Source: Gemmatimonadales bacterium | GTDB lineage: Bacteria; Gemmatimonadota; Gemmatimonadetes; Gemmatimonadales; GWC2-71-9 | Length of the DNA stretch: 64,000 nt | Assembly: GCA_041390145.1 (NCBI GenBank) | Contig: JAWKQM010000002.1 | Coordinates: 96,235 to 160,234 of the forward strand | Direction of reading: 5' to 3' | Part shown: positions 1 to 9,123 of the stretch, in pieces | Layout of the letters: each line of letters starts with the position of its first letter | How positions within the stretch are numbered: the first letter of the stretch is position 1 | Translations under genes and position numbers: made by a program | The notes under the pieces: model-generated | Told to the model about the DNA's origin: nothing | The model's database searches: none | What the model saw: the letters and a program-made list of their open reading frames with translations, nothing else

Positions 1-173
1 GTGGCCACCTGCGCGCGCGAACGGACCGCGTAGCGTGGGGGCGCCTTGAAGGGGAGGCCGACAGTCTGTTCAACGACCGGGCTGAGGCTGTCGACCAGCC
101 GGCCGACCGCGTCGCCCGAACCGCCCGGCGCCTCTCCCCGGCAGGCGGTGAGGGCCGCCGTGCCGAGGAGCAC
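1..173 (-). CDS. Partial CDS (N-terminal part only; continues past window start), putative lipoprotein or secreted protein
   Basis: My manual translation of the minus strand from GTG at 173 runs to position 2 with no stop: VLLGTAALTACRGEAPGGSGDAVGRLVDSLSPVVEQTVGLPFKAPPRYAVRSRAQVA. LTAC resembles a lipobox. It begins 6 nt after the pilD stop. It is too short for the ORF track. Confidence 0.3.
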   Translation of the reverse strand, partial: MLLGTAALTACRGEAPGGSGDAVGRLVDSLSPVVEQTVGLPFKAPPRYAVRSRAQVA

Positions 174-178
174 CGAGA

Positions 179-949
179 CTACAACCCGATGTAGGCGGTA
201 TACCATGCGATGATGGCGGGGCCGGCGATCCAGGTGGCGACGGCGCCGAGAGAGAGGAACACGCCGAACGGAACGAGTTTCTTCCGGCCGAGCAGGCTCA
301 AGGGGAGGAAGATGAGGGTGCCAAGCAGTGCGCCGAGGAAGATGGTCAGCAGGACGCCCTGCCAGCCGACGAAGGCGCCGACCATGGCCATCATCTTCAC
401 GTCGCCACCTCCCATGGCCTCTTCCTTCAGGATCAGCTGGCCCGCGAAGCCGATCAGCCAGAGGAGGCCGAAGCCGGTGGCGGCACCGATCAAGGCGGGG
501 AGGAGCGTCGAGATACCGCCCACCAAGCCAAAGAGGAGCCCGATGACCAACCCACCCCAGGTGAACTCGTCGGGGATGATGTACTCGCGCGCATCTGTCA
601 GCGCGATGCCAAGGAGGATCGTGAAGAAGAGCGCGCCCCGGAGCCCTTCGATCTCGAGGGGGTAGGCCCACGCCATTGCCGCCCAGATGCCGGCGGTCAG
701 CAGTTCCACGCCGGGATACATCGGCGAAATCGGCAGTCCGCAGCCCCGGCACTTGCCGCGGAGCAGCAGCCAGGAAACGACCGGAATGTTGTCGTACCAG
801 GCGATGGGCTTCTCGCAGCGCGGGCACCGGGAGCGCGGCCGGATGACCGAAAGCTCCGCGGGCCAGCGGGTGATGCAGACGTTCAGGAAGCTCCCGACCA
901 TGAGGCCGAAGATCCCGGCGATGATCGTCACCAGCATTTCAAGCGTCAC
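179..949 (-). CDS. pilD: Prepilin (type IV leader) peptidase, A24 family
   Basis: 256-aa polytopic membrane ORF. The N-terminus GSFLNVCITRWP is followed by CPRCEKPIAWYDNIPVVSWLLLRGKCRGCG, the CxxC...CxxC pattern typical of PilD/GspO. Downstream GGGDVKMMAMVGAFVGW is the conserved Asp region. Confidence 0.85.
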   Translation of the reverse strand: MTLEMLVTIIAGIFGLMVGSFLNVCITRWPAELSVIRPRSRCPRCEKPIAWYDNIPVVSWLLLRGKCRGCGLPISPMYPGVELLTAGIWAAMAWAYPLEIEGLRGALFFTILLGIALTDAREYIIPDEFTWGGLVIGLLFGLVGGISTLLPALIGAATGFGLLWLIGFAGQLILKEEAMGGGDVKMMAMVGAFVGWQGVLLTIFLGALLGTLIFLPLSLLGRKKLVPFGVFLSLGAVATWIAGPAIIAWYTAYIGL

Positions 950-1712
950 GCCGCACCTCGTAGAGGAGGATTCCCGCCGCCACCGCCACGTTCAGGGACT
1001 CCACGCCCCCCGCGAGGGGGATGGCCAGCCGACGACTTGCTTCCCGCTCGACCTCCGGACGGATGCCGGCGCCCTCGTTGCCGAGGACCAGGGCCACGGG
1101 CGCCGTCAACCGCTGACCGCCCGGGCGTTCACCGCTGCTGTCCGTTACCCAGAGCGCCGCGCCGACACGCTTGGCCCAGGCGAAGCACTCGCCGTCGGTG
1201 GCGGAGACGGCCGGCAACCGGAAGAGCGCCCCCATCGCCCCGCGCACCACCTTCGGGTTGGTCAGCTCCGCGGTGCCTTTCAAGGCAATCATCCCGCTGG
1301 CGCCCAGCCCGAGGGCCGTCCGCGCGATGGCGCCGACATTCCCGGGATCCTGCACGCCGTCGAGGACCACCACCACGTCGCCCGCACCCGGCGTCAGGCG
1401 GTCGAGACTCCACGTCGGCGGCTCGAAGACGGCAATGACGCCCTGCGGGTGTTCCGTGTCAGCGAGCTCGGCGAGGGCGCGGTCGTCCATCTCCACCAGC
1501 GGCACCCCGGCGGCCGCCAGCGCGGTTTTGAGGGCCGCCCCCCGTGGAGTAGTTTCCAGCGCAGGTGACACCGCGGCGTGCCGGAGCACGACCCGCGCGC
1601 CGAGCGCCTCCTCGACCAGCCGGACCCCCTCCGCCAGTGCCAGTCCACGGCGCTCGCGGCCGCGGCGGAGGCGAAGATCACGAATCAAGGTCTCGACACC
1701 GGCCACGGCCAC
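939..1712 (-). CDS. SpoU/TrmH-family RNA 2'-O-methyltransferase
   Basis: The C-terminal motif [11 protein letters not shown]...[24 protein letters not shown] is the SpoU knot signature. The track ORF runs to 1913, but that part is antisense to thiD. I place the start at GTG 1712; GTG 1706 and TTG 1688 are also possible. It overlaps the pilD start by 11 nt. Confidence 0.75.
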   Translation of the reverse strand: MAVAGVETLIRDLRLRRGRERRGLALAEGVRLVEEALGARVVLRHAAVSPALETTPRGAALKTALAAAGVPLVEMDDRALAELADTEHPQGVIAVFEPPTWSLDRLTPGAGDVVVVLDGVQDPGNVGAIARTALGLGASGMIALKGTAELTNPKVVRGAMGALFRLPAVSATDGECFAWAKRVGAALWVTDSSGERPGGQRLTAPVALVLGNEGAGIRPEVEREASRRLAIPLAGGVESLNVAVAAGILLYEVRRDA

Positions 1713-1730
1713 ACTCCTGACGGGTAATTG

Positions 1731-2507
1731 ATGCAGATCGCGTTGACCATCGCCGGATCCGACTCGGGAGGCGGGGCCGGCATCCAGGCCGACCTCAAGA
1801 CCTTCCACCAGTTTGGCGTGTACGGCACCTCGGTCATTGTCGCGCTGACCGCGCAGAATACTCGCGGCGTGCGTTCTGTGCACGCCATCCCGGCGGACAT
1901 GGTCGGTCAGCAACTGGCCGCCCTCGCGGAAGACCTTCCTCCCGCCGCCCTCAAGACCGGCATGCTCGCGAGCCCCGCACTGGTCCGGCAGGTGGCGGAC
2001 GCGATTCGCGGCTACGGCTGGTCCCGGCTCGTCGTCGATCCGGTCATGGTGGCCACGTCGGGGGACCGACTGCTCGATGTCGAAGCCGAGGCGGTCGTTC
2101 GCGAATCGCTGGTGCCCCTCGCGACCGTGGTCACACCGAACCTGGAGGAAGCGGCCATCCTCGCTGAGATGCGCGTGGAGGACGTGCCCTCAATGGAGCG
2201 GGCCGGGCGTCGGATTCTCAGCTTTGGCGCCGAGGCGGTACTCGTCAAAGGCGGCCACCTGACGTCGACGACGCTGCTGGACCTGCTGGTGACCCCGGCC
2301 GGCACCCGACGCTTCGAGCATCCGCGCATCGAAACCACCTCCACCCATGGCACCGGCTGCACCCTCTCCGCCGCCATCACGGCCGGACTGGCGCTCGGAC
2401 GGCCGCTGGAGGCGGCGGTGTCCGACGGCATCGACTATGTCCAGCGTGCGCTGCTGGCCGCTCCGGGCCTCGGCGGCGGCCACGGACCGCTGAACCACCG
2501 CGTCTAG
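1731..2507 (+). CDS. thiD: Hydroxymethylpyrimidine/phosphomethylpyrimidine kinase
   Basis: The N-terminus [22 protein letters not shown] and the C-terminal [12 protein letters not shown] are ThiD hallmarks. The start is ATG 1731 or TTG 1728. Confidence 0.9.
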   Translation: MQIALTIAGSDSGGGAGIQADLKTFHQFGVYGTSVIVALTAQNTRGVRSVHAIPADMVGQQLAALAEDLPPAALKTGMLASPALVRQVADAIRGYGWSRLVVDPVMVATSGDRLLDVEAEAVVRESLVPLATVVTPNLEEAAILAEMRVEDVPSMERAGRRILSFGAEAVLVKGGHLTSTTLLDLLVTPAGTRRFEHPRIETTSTHGTGCTLSAAITAGLALGRPLEAAVSDGIDYVQRALLAAPGLGGGHGPLNHRV

Positions 2508-3316
2508 AGCCGCGCCACAATCCCCTCGATCAAGTCGCCCAGCCGCTGCCCAACCTGTGCCGCAGTCTCCATGACCTCCGCATGGCTGAGCTTGGCGTCC
2601 GACACGCCGGCGGCCGCGTTGGTGACAGTGGAGATTCCGAGGCAGCGCATGCCCCGGGCGTTCGCCACAATCACCTCCGGCACCGTGCTCATCCCGACGG
2701 CGTCGGCGCCGAGGGTCCGCAGCATCCGGATCTCGGCCGGCGTCTCGTAGCTCGGCCCTGACAGCGCGGCGTAGACCCCCTGCTCGAGCGGCGTTCCCTG
2801 TTCGCGCGCCACGTCGAGCGCAATTGCGCGGAGGGCCGGGTCGTAGGCGGCGGACATGTCGGGAAACCGCTGCTCTCCTGCCAGCACCGGTCCGGTCAAC
2901 GGATTCTGGCCGGTCAGGTTCAGATGATCAGTGATCAGCATGAGCGTCCCCGGCTGAAAGGTGGCCCTCACCCCCCCTGCCGCGTTCGTCACCATGAACG
3001 TCGTGACACCAAGCTCGGCCACGAGGCGCGCCGGCAGCGCCGCCACATCGGCGGCGTGGCCCTCATACAGATGAAACCGGCCACTCTGCGCAATGACCGA
3101 ACGACCGGCGAGCGTGCCCACCACCAGTTCACCCGAGTGGCCCTGCACCGTCGGCACGTGGAAGCCTGGAATTTCGACGTAGGGAATACGCACCGCATCG
3201 GTCAGCCGATCCGCCAAGCCACCGAGCCCGGACCCGAGCACGACCGCAACCTCCGGCGCGCGGTTTCCGAGCCGATCTCGGACCGCCGCGACCGTGGCGG
3301 CCAGCGCGGCGGCCAT
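2504..3316 (-). CDS. punA: Purine nucleoside phosphorylase (PunA/DeoD-II type)
   Basis: The real product is the C-terminal 270 aa of the 563-aa track ORF: [16 protein letters not shown]...[12 protein letters not shown]...[11 protein letters not shown]...MSTVPEV. ATG 3316 overlaps the nupC stop (ATGA). Confidence 0.85.
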   Translation of the reverse strand: MAAALAATVAAVRDRLGNRAPEVAVVLGSGLGGLADRLTDAVRIPYVEIPGFHVPTVQGHSGELVVGTLAGRSVIAQSGRFHLYEGHAADVAALPARLVAELGVTTFMVTNAAGGVRATFQPGTLMLITDHLNLTGQNPLTGPVLAGEQRFPDMSAAYDPALRAIALDVAREQGTPLEQGVYAALSGPSYETPAEIRMLRTLGADAVGMSTVPEVIVANARGMRCLGISTVTNAAAGVSDAKLSHAEVMETAAQVGQRLGDLIEGIVARL

Positions 3317-4698
3317 CAGACCAGCATCCCGGCCAGCGCCGCCGACATGAACGCGGCCAGGTTGCCCGCGATCATGGCACGGAGCCCCAGCTTGGCAAGT
3401 TCCCCCCGGCGCTCCGGGGCCAGGCCGCCGATGCCGCCGATCTGTATGGCGATCGACGAGAAGTTGGCGAAGCCGAGCAGCGCGTAGGTGGTGATGACGG
3501 CGCTCCTCGGCGCAAGCACAATGCCGCTGCCGAGGTCGCTGGCAAACTGGGCGTAGGCGACGAACTCGTTCAGCGACGTCTTGATCCCGATCAGTCCGCC
3601 GACATAGGTGCTGTCGGCCCAAGGGACGCCCATGACCCAGGTGAGGGGCCGCAGCAGCTGCCCCAGCAGGTACTGGAGGCTGAGCGGCGTTCCGGTGAGG
3701 TGCAGGACGGACGACCCGAACCACTGCAGCCCGAAATTGAGCATCGCCACCAGCGCGACGAACGCCATGAGCATCGCGGCGACGTTGATGGCCAGCTGCA
3801 CGCCCTGGGCGGCGCCACCGGCCGCCGCATCGATCACGTTCGACTCGGTCCGCTCGATCTCCATCTTGAGCGTGCCCTTGGTGAGTGGCTCGCCAATCTC
3901 CGGGCGGATGATCTTGGAAAGGATGAGGCCGGCCGGGGCGTTCATGACACTCGCGGCGAGCAGGTGCGCCGCGATGTTCGGGAAGGTCCCCTGCAGCATC
4001 CCGACGTACGCGGCCAGCACGCCGCCAGCGACCGTCGCAAAGCCACCCACCATGACGGTGTTGAGCTCGGAGGTGGTGAACGTCTTCACGAACGGCTTGA
4101 TGAGCAGCGGGGCCTCGGTCTGTCCGAGGAAAATATTGCCGGCCGCGGAGAGCGTTTCCGCACCCGACGTGCCCAGCGTTTTCTGCATGACCCATGCAAT
4201 GCCCTTGACCACCACCTGCATGATGCCGAGGTAATAGAGCACGGACATCAGCGACGAAAAGAAGATGATCGTCGGCAGGACATTGAACGCGAAGAAGGCC
4301 CCGGTATTGGCCACGAAGCCTGCCGTGGCATCCAGGCTGCCGCCGGGTCCGGGCAGGCCGACCGGTACCGTCGACTGCACGAGGTTCCCAAAGACGAACC
4401 GGGCGCCCTGTTCCTGGAACCCAAGCAGCCCGGTAATGGCCCGGCCGGCGAAGTTGAACACCATCTTCCCGGTGCTCGTCTTGAGGACCAGGAACCCGAA
4501 CGATGCCTGCAGGGCCAGCCCGCTGGCCACCAGCCGCCAGTCGATCTTCTTCCGGTCGTAGGACAGCAGCACCGCCAGCCCGATCATCGTGGCGATCCCC
4601 ACCAGGCCCATCAACCGGCTGGCCAGCGGCGTGTCCAGCCCGGCTTGTGCGGCACCCAACCGCTCCGCCGCGCTCTGCACCAGCAGCAGCGCGCTCAC
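3316..4698 (-). CDS. nupC: Concentrative nucleoside transporter, NupC family
   Basis: 460-aa polytopic membrane ORF with CNT-like segments (GNIFLGQTEAPLLIKPF, TVAGGVLAAYV). GTG 4698 overlaps the add stop (GTGA). Confidence 0.8.
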   Translation of the reverse strand: MSALLLVQSAAERLGAAQAGLDTPLASRLMGLVGIATMIGLAVLLSYDRKKIDWRLVASGLALQASFGFLVLKTSTGKMVFNFAGRAITGLLGFQEQGARFVFGNLVQSTVPVGLPGPGGSLDATAGFVANTGAFFAFNVLPTIIFFSSLMSVLYYLGIMQVVVKGIAWVMQKTLGTSGAETLSAAGNIFLGQTEAPLLIKPFVKTFTTSELNTVMVGGFATVAGGVLAAYVGMLQGTFPNIAAHLLAASVMNAPAGLILSKIIRPEIGEPLTKGTLKMEIERTESNVIDAAAGGAAQGVQLAINVAAMLMAFVALVAMLNFGLQWFGSSVLHLTGTPLSLQYLLGQLLRPLTWVMGVPWADSTYVGGLIGIKTSLNEFVAYAQFASDLGSGIVLAPRSAVITTYALLGFANFSSIAIQIGGIGGLAPERRGELAKLGLRAMIAGNLAAFMSAALAGMLV

Positions 4699-5729
4699 CG
4701 GATTGCCTCGAGCTCGGCGCCGACTTCGGCGAGCAGTGCTTGCCGGTCCGGCCAGGGCAGAAAGGAGGAGGTGCAGGCGTTCAGGATCATCCGATCAATC
4801 TCCGCGCGGGAGAAGCCAAGCTCGGTGTGGGCCAGCCAGTATTCGCGTGACAACGACGTCCCACTCATCAGCCAGCTGTCGGTACAGAGCGTCACGTTGA
4901 GGCCGGCATCGAAATACCGCCGAACCGGGTGGTCCGCGATCCTCGGCACGGCGCGGGTCTGCAAGTTGCTGCTGAGGTTGGTCTCGATCAGGATGCGGCG
5001 GTCGCGCACATAGTCCTGCAACGCCGGATCCTCGGCGAGCCTGGTTCCGTGTCCCAGCCGATTGGCGTGGCAGACCCAGATCGCCTCGGCCACCGACTCG
5101 GCCCCGGCCGCCTCGCCGGCGTGCACCGTGATCCCAAGCCCCCCCACCAGCGCGGCGTCGAAGGCGGCGCGATGCACCCCGGGGAGACGGCCCGCCTCCC
5201 CACCAGCCAGATCAAACCCGATCACTCCGTGCGCGCGGTTGGCCACCGATCGGTCGGCGATACGCAGCGACGTCTCCGGATCGTAATGACGGAGCGAACA
5301 GTTGATGATGCCGACCCGCACCCCGAAATCTCGCGCTCCCCGCGAGAGCCCGCGCCACTCTGCCGCGATCACCTCGTCGAGCGAGAGTCCATTCCGCGTG
5401 CTGAGTTCGGGGCAGTAGCGGACCTCGAGAAGCCGGAGGTTGTCGGCCGCCGCATCCTCGACCATCTCGTACGCGACGCGCTCGAGCGCCTCGGGCGTCT
5501 GCAGCAGGGCAATGGTGACATCGAACCGCCGCAGGTAGTCCTCGAGGTCGCCCGCGTCGTCCACGAGCATGTAGCGGCGCAACTGGTCGGGATCCCGCGT
5601 CGGAAGCTCGACCCCCGCCGTCGCGGCGAGCTCGACCATCGTCGTGGGACGCAGCGAGCCGTCGAGGTGGACATGCAGCTCGGCCTTGGGCAGCCGGCGA
5701 ATGATCTCAGGTGTCAGCATCGGCTCCAC
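4695..5729 (-). CDS. add: Adenosine deaminase
   Basis: LPKAELHVHLDGSLRP metal-binding motif, HAGE and a C-terminal TDSW region. 344 aa. ATG 5720 is an alternative start. Confidence 0.9.
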   Translation of the reverse strand: MEPMLTPEIIRRLPKAELHVHLDGSLRPTTMVELAATAGVELPTRDPDQLRRYMLVDDAGDLEDYLRRFDVTIALLQTPEALERVAYEMVEDAAADNLRLLEVRYCPELSTRNGLSLDEVIAAEWRGLSRGARDFGVRVGIINCSLRHYDPETSLRIADRSVANRAHGVIGFDLAGGEAGRLPGVHRAAFDAALVGGLGITVHAGEAAGAESVAEAIWVCHANRLGHGTRLAEDPALQDYVRDRRILIETNLSSNLQTRAVPRIADHPVRRYFDAGLNVTLCTDSWLMSGTSLSREYWLAHTELGFSRAEIDRMILNACTSSFLPWPDRQALLAEVGAELEAIR

Positions 5730-5949
5730 CGGCGCGCCGGGCGCTCACCGCGACCCGGAGGATCGCGCCGCTGACGAGCACGGTCTCCGGCGACACCGGC
5801 AACCCACGGGCGTCGGTGATGGCCACGCCCGCCTTATCGGGTGGCGAGGCACGTGCGGGGTCATCCTGTGCAGCGGCCATGGCGGCGGTGCCCCCTCTGG
5901 GGAGCATGACGCGACGCCCGTTGACGAATACCGGAATGGTGTCGTTCAT
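5707..5949 (-). CDS. Small hypothetical protein, possible beta-grasp (ThiS/Fer2_4-like) fold
   Basis: 80-aa ORF with high GC3. Its ATG overlaps the 5'-nucleotidase stop (ATGA) and its 3' end overlaps the add start. The pattern IPVFVNGRRVMLPRGGTAAMA...GVAITDARGLPVSPETVLVSGAILRV resembles beta-grasp proteins. It has no Cys and no C-terminal GG. Confidence 0.45.
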   Translation of the reverse strand: MNDTIPVFVNGRRVMLPRGGTAAMAAAQDDPARASPPDKAGVAITDARGLPVSPETVLVSGAILRVAVSARRAGGADADT

Positions 5950-8900
5950 CGGGAGGGAATGAACCGGGCATCCTCAGGGGGCCGGACGGGCCGCGGCAGG
6001 CGGCGGAGGTAGAGCTCCATCACCTCGATGTCGCTCATGCCCGCGTTCACCTGTGGCGCTCCGCGCAGCATGGTGTACCCGCCCTGGCCGGCCGCCAGGA
6101 AGGAATTGACCGCGAGGGTGTAGTGGTCCTTGTCCTTTGGCTTCTTGCCGTTGGCCAGGCGCAGATCCCGCACCCGCTGGCCCGCTGGACGCGTCGAGTC
6201 ATAGGTGACGCGAATCCCGGACACGTGGGCGTCGGGGCCCGATGCCGTAATCGAGGCCTCCGCCATTTCGCGGAGTTGGCGGCCGGTGATCGTGACGGTC
6301 ACCGCCTGATTCTGGAACGGCATCACCGTGAACAGCTGCCCGAACGTGAGGGGGCCGGCGGCGACGTCGGCGCGGATGCCACCATTGTTGACGAGGGCGA
6401 CGTCCGCACGCAGGACATTGCGGAAGGCATCCGCCATCAGATTGCCAAGCGGATACTGCTTGCCGGTGCGCGGGAGTGGCAGGGCGATGTCGGTGATGAT
6501 CCGCTTCGAGAGGCTGTCGGTCAGCTGGACCGAGCGGGCGACCAGCGCCCCGATCGCCGAGTCCGGGGTGACCTGATCCACCCAGACCGTCTGGACATTC
6601 ACGTCGATCTTGCGCGCACCATCGACGGTACGAATGATGTCCACGACCCCGATGGCGGTCCCATTGTTCCGGGCCTGCACAATCGGCACACCGTTGCGCT
6701 CCGCGTCGATGAGCGTGTGGCTGTGCCCCGAGACGATGAGGTCGATGGTACCGGGCGGGAGCGATTGTGCCATGTCGAAGATCTCGCCGGCGCACGCCAG
6801 GGAGTCACACCGCCCACCGGAGTGCGCGAGCAGCACCAGGAAGTCCGGATTGGCGCTGCGCGCTTCCTCGACAACATCCTTGATGGAGGCGTACCCCGAG
6901 CCGAACGTCAGGCCGGCAATGTTCTGCGGGGCGACAATCTCCTTCGTCTCGCTGGTGATGAAGCCCACCACCGCCACCTGGTAGTTCCCGGCCCGGACCA
7001 TCCGCCACGGCGTAATCCAGTCGGGGCGCTTTCCGGTCAGGGAGTCGAAGATGTTGGCCGCAACCCAGGGATAGTCCGACTCCCGCATGCGGGCGCGGAG
7101 GGTGTCCGCCGACCAGTCGAAGTCATGATTCCCGACGGCCGCCGCCTGGATGCCCATCAGGTCGAACGCCTCGATGGTCGTCCTGCCATAGGTCATGTTG
7201 GAGGGCAGCGTGCCCTGCATCTCGTCCCCGCCGTCCAGCCGCAGCGTCGTGCAGTTGCATCGCGCCGCGAGCGAGTCCATCGTGGCGTCGACCGCGGCGG
7301 CGCCGCCAACCAGCCGGCCGTCGGACCAGCTGTAGACCCTCGGTTCGAGCGCGCCGTGGAAGTCGTTGATGGTCAGGATGCGCAGCTGCAGCGTGTCGCG
7401 CGCCGGAGGCCTGGTCAGCAACCGGGCTGAGGTCAGCGCCGCCGGCGGAGTGATTCGCCAGTTGTGCGCCCCAAACTCCACTGGATCGATCTGGCCCCGC
7501 CGCCGGAGGTCGGCCACCAGCAGCTCGCGGACACTCTCGGTCTGGTCGTAGACAAGCGGCGCCCCGCGAAGGGCCTCAAACCCGCCCCCGCCTTCCTGGC
7601 GGTAGCTGTTCAACGCCAAGGTGTAGGTCGCCGAGGGAACCACGTCTCGACCCTTGACCCGCAGACCCCGCACCCGGCTTCCCGCCGGCTGCGAGAGATC
7701 CAGCTCATAGTCCGCACCCGTGACGACATCGAAGTTATAGCCCGGAATCGTGGGGTCGGTGCCGACCTTGCCGGTGGAGTCCACCGTGTAGTATTGCGCG
7801 CTCTGTTCCAGGTATGCCGCCAGCTGTGCCCCGGTAATCCGGATGCCCCGCAGCGTGTTCTCGTAGGGGTAGACGCCGGCCACGTCGGCGAGACGGATCT
7901 CCCCGGCGGGCAGGCCGGCGCGGGGATCGAACACGGCGGTGGATGCCAGGTCGGTCCCGGCCTGGCGGCGCTGCACCTCATTGATCCAGGTGGTCAGCGG
8001 GACCGCCTCGACTCGTCCATCCCGGCCGGGCATCGCCGCGGTCCCGACGGCCAGCGGCGTGGAGGCCCAGATCCGCACTTCATCCTGCGCCTCCGCCACC
8101 CGCCGGAAGCGGCCGGGAGGCGGCTCGATGCCTGCCAGATCGATCTGCTCGCCGCGGATGCGCGACACGCGCCACTTGCCGTCCTCACGGACGAGATCCA
8201 CATGAGCGACGGCCAGCGTCTGCGCGTACGGCTTCGGCTGGATGAAGTGGACGCCGTTCAGAACGGAGTCGCGCATCTGGCGATGGGAGTGCCCCACGAC
8301 CACCAGGTCGGGGCGCACCGCCCCGCCGGCGAGCGATGCCGCCACGTTCTCGGGTCCGACGCCGAGGGAGTCATAGGAACTCGCGCCGTCCATCCCGCTG
8401 TGGACCAGGGTAATGACGAAGTCGGCCTCCTGCCGGAGCCTCCCCAGCTCTCCGGGGGCGGTTGAACCGATGCGTTCAACCCGGACCTGCCCGCGCACGT
8501 TGTTCCGGTCCCAGATCATCACGCCGGGAGTGGTGAACCCGGTGACCCCGACGCGGACACCCTGTCGGAGCAGCACTGTCTGCCGGCTGAACATCGGGTC
8601 GCCCGACGGCTCGGTCACGATGTTGGCGCTGACCACCCGGAAAGAGGCGCGCCGGAGCATTTCGCGCAGCGGCTCGACGCCGAAGTTGAAGTCGTGATTG
8701 CCCGGGGTCGTGACGTCGTACCCGAGCTGGTTCATCACATCGACGATCGGGTTCGGGTCCCGGGGAGCCACCGTGGCGAAGTAGGCCGCGAAGGGGTTTC
8801 CCTGCAGGAGGTCTCCCGCGTCGACCAGGATCACCTGATCCGGATACGCCGCACGGAGCGAATCGATCGGGCGGGCGGCCCGCACCAGTCCGCCACCCCA

Positions 8901-9029
8901 CGGCCGGTCGTTCACGTAGTCCCAGCCGGTCGCCCGGCCATGGACGTCCGTCGTGGCAACGATGACCAGGTGAGCGGAGTCCTGGACGGCGGGCGCGGCA
9001 GCGGTCAGCAGCAAGAGAGAAAGGAGCAT
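5946..9029 (-). CDS. Secreted tandem-duplicated 5'-nucleotidase / metallophosphoesterase (two UshA-like modules)
   Basis: It has a signal-like N-terminus, MLLSLLLLTAAAPAV. The first module contains VIVATTDVHG...DAGDLLQGN...GNHDFNFG. The second module contains LTINDFHG...DGGDEMQG...GNHDFDW. Each is followed by a 5'-nucleotidase C-terminal-like region. Confidence 0.85.
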   Translation of the reverse strand: MLLSLLLLTAAAPAVQDSAHLVIVATTDVHGRATGWDYVNDRPWGGGLVRAARPIDSLRAAYPDQVILVDAGDLLQGNPFAAYFATVAPRDPNPIVDVMNQLGYDVTTPGNHDFNFGVEPLREMLRRASFRVVSANIVTEPSGDPMFSRQTVLLRQGVRVGVTGFTTPGVMIWDRNNVRGQVRVERIGSTAPGELGRLRQEADFVITLVHSGMDGASSYDSLGVGPENVAASLAGGAVRPDLVVVGHSHRQMRDSVLNGVHFIQPKPYAQTLAVAHVDLVREDGKWRVSRIRGEQIDLAGIEPPPGRFRRVAEAQDEVRIWASTPLAVGTAAMPGRDGRVEAVPLTTWINEVQRRQAGTDLASTAVFDPRAGLPAGEIRLADVAGVYPYENTLRGIRITGAQLAAYLEQSAQYYTVDSTGKVGTDPTIPGYNFDVVTGADYELDLSQPAGSRVRGLRVKGRDVVPSATYTLALNSYRQEGGGGFEALRGAPLVYDQTESVRELLVADLRRRGQIDPVEFGAHNWRITPPAALTSARLLTRPPARDTLQLRILTINDFHGALEPRVYSWSDGRLVGGAAAVDATMDSLAARCNCTTLRLDGGDEMQGTLPSNMTYGRTTIEAFDLMGIQAAAVGNHDFDWSADTLRARMRESDYPWVAANIFDSLTGKRPDWITPWRMVRAGNYQVAVVGFITSETKEIVAPQNIAGLTFGSGYASIKDVVEEARSANPDFLVLLAHSGGRCDSLACAGEIFDMAQSLPPGTIDLIVSGHSHTLIDAERNGVPIVQARNNGTAIGVVDIIRTVDGARKIDVNVQTVWVDQVTPDSAIGALVARSVQLTDSLSKRIITDIALPLPRTGKQYPLGNLMADAFRNVLRADVALVNNGGIRADVAAGPLTFGQLFTVMPFQNQAVTVTITGRQLREMAEASITASGPDAHVSGIRVTYDSTRPAGQRVRDLRLANGKKPKDKDHYTLAVNSFLAAGQGGYTMLRGAPQVNAGMSDIEVMELYLRRLPRPVRPPEDARFIPSR

Positions 9030-9123
9030 TCCTCAAATATCCGTCCTTCCCCGCAGGTTTGGCAATGCGCCCGCCCGGGACCCTTGCGCTCCGCAGACGA
9101 TTCGGATATTCGTTTACGCGCAT

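Noticed and set aside
1713-1730. TPP riboswitch upstream of thiD.
   Set aside because: Only about 15-18 nt separate thiD from the divergent trmH-like start, so there is no room for a riboswitch.
3317-4195. N-terminal 290 aa of the 563-aa ORF 2504-4195, giving an apparently long PNP.
   Set aside because: This part overlaps the NupC transporter gene in another frame and has low-complexity Arg/Gly/His-rich content. The PNP homology starts at ATG 3316, which is coupled to the nupC stop.
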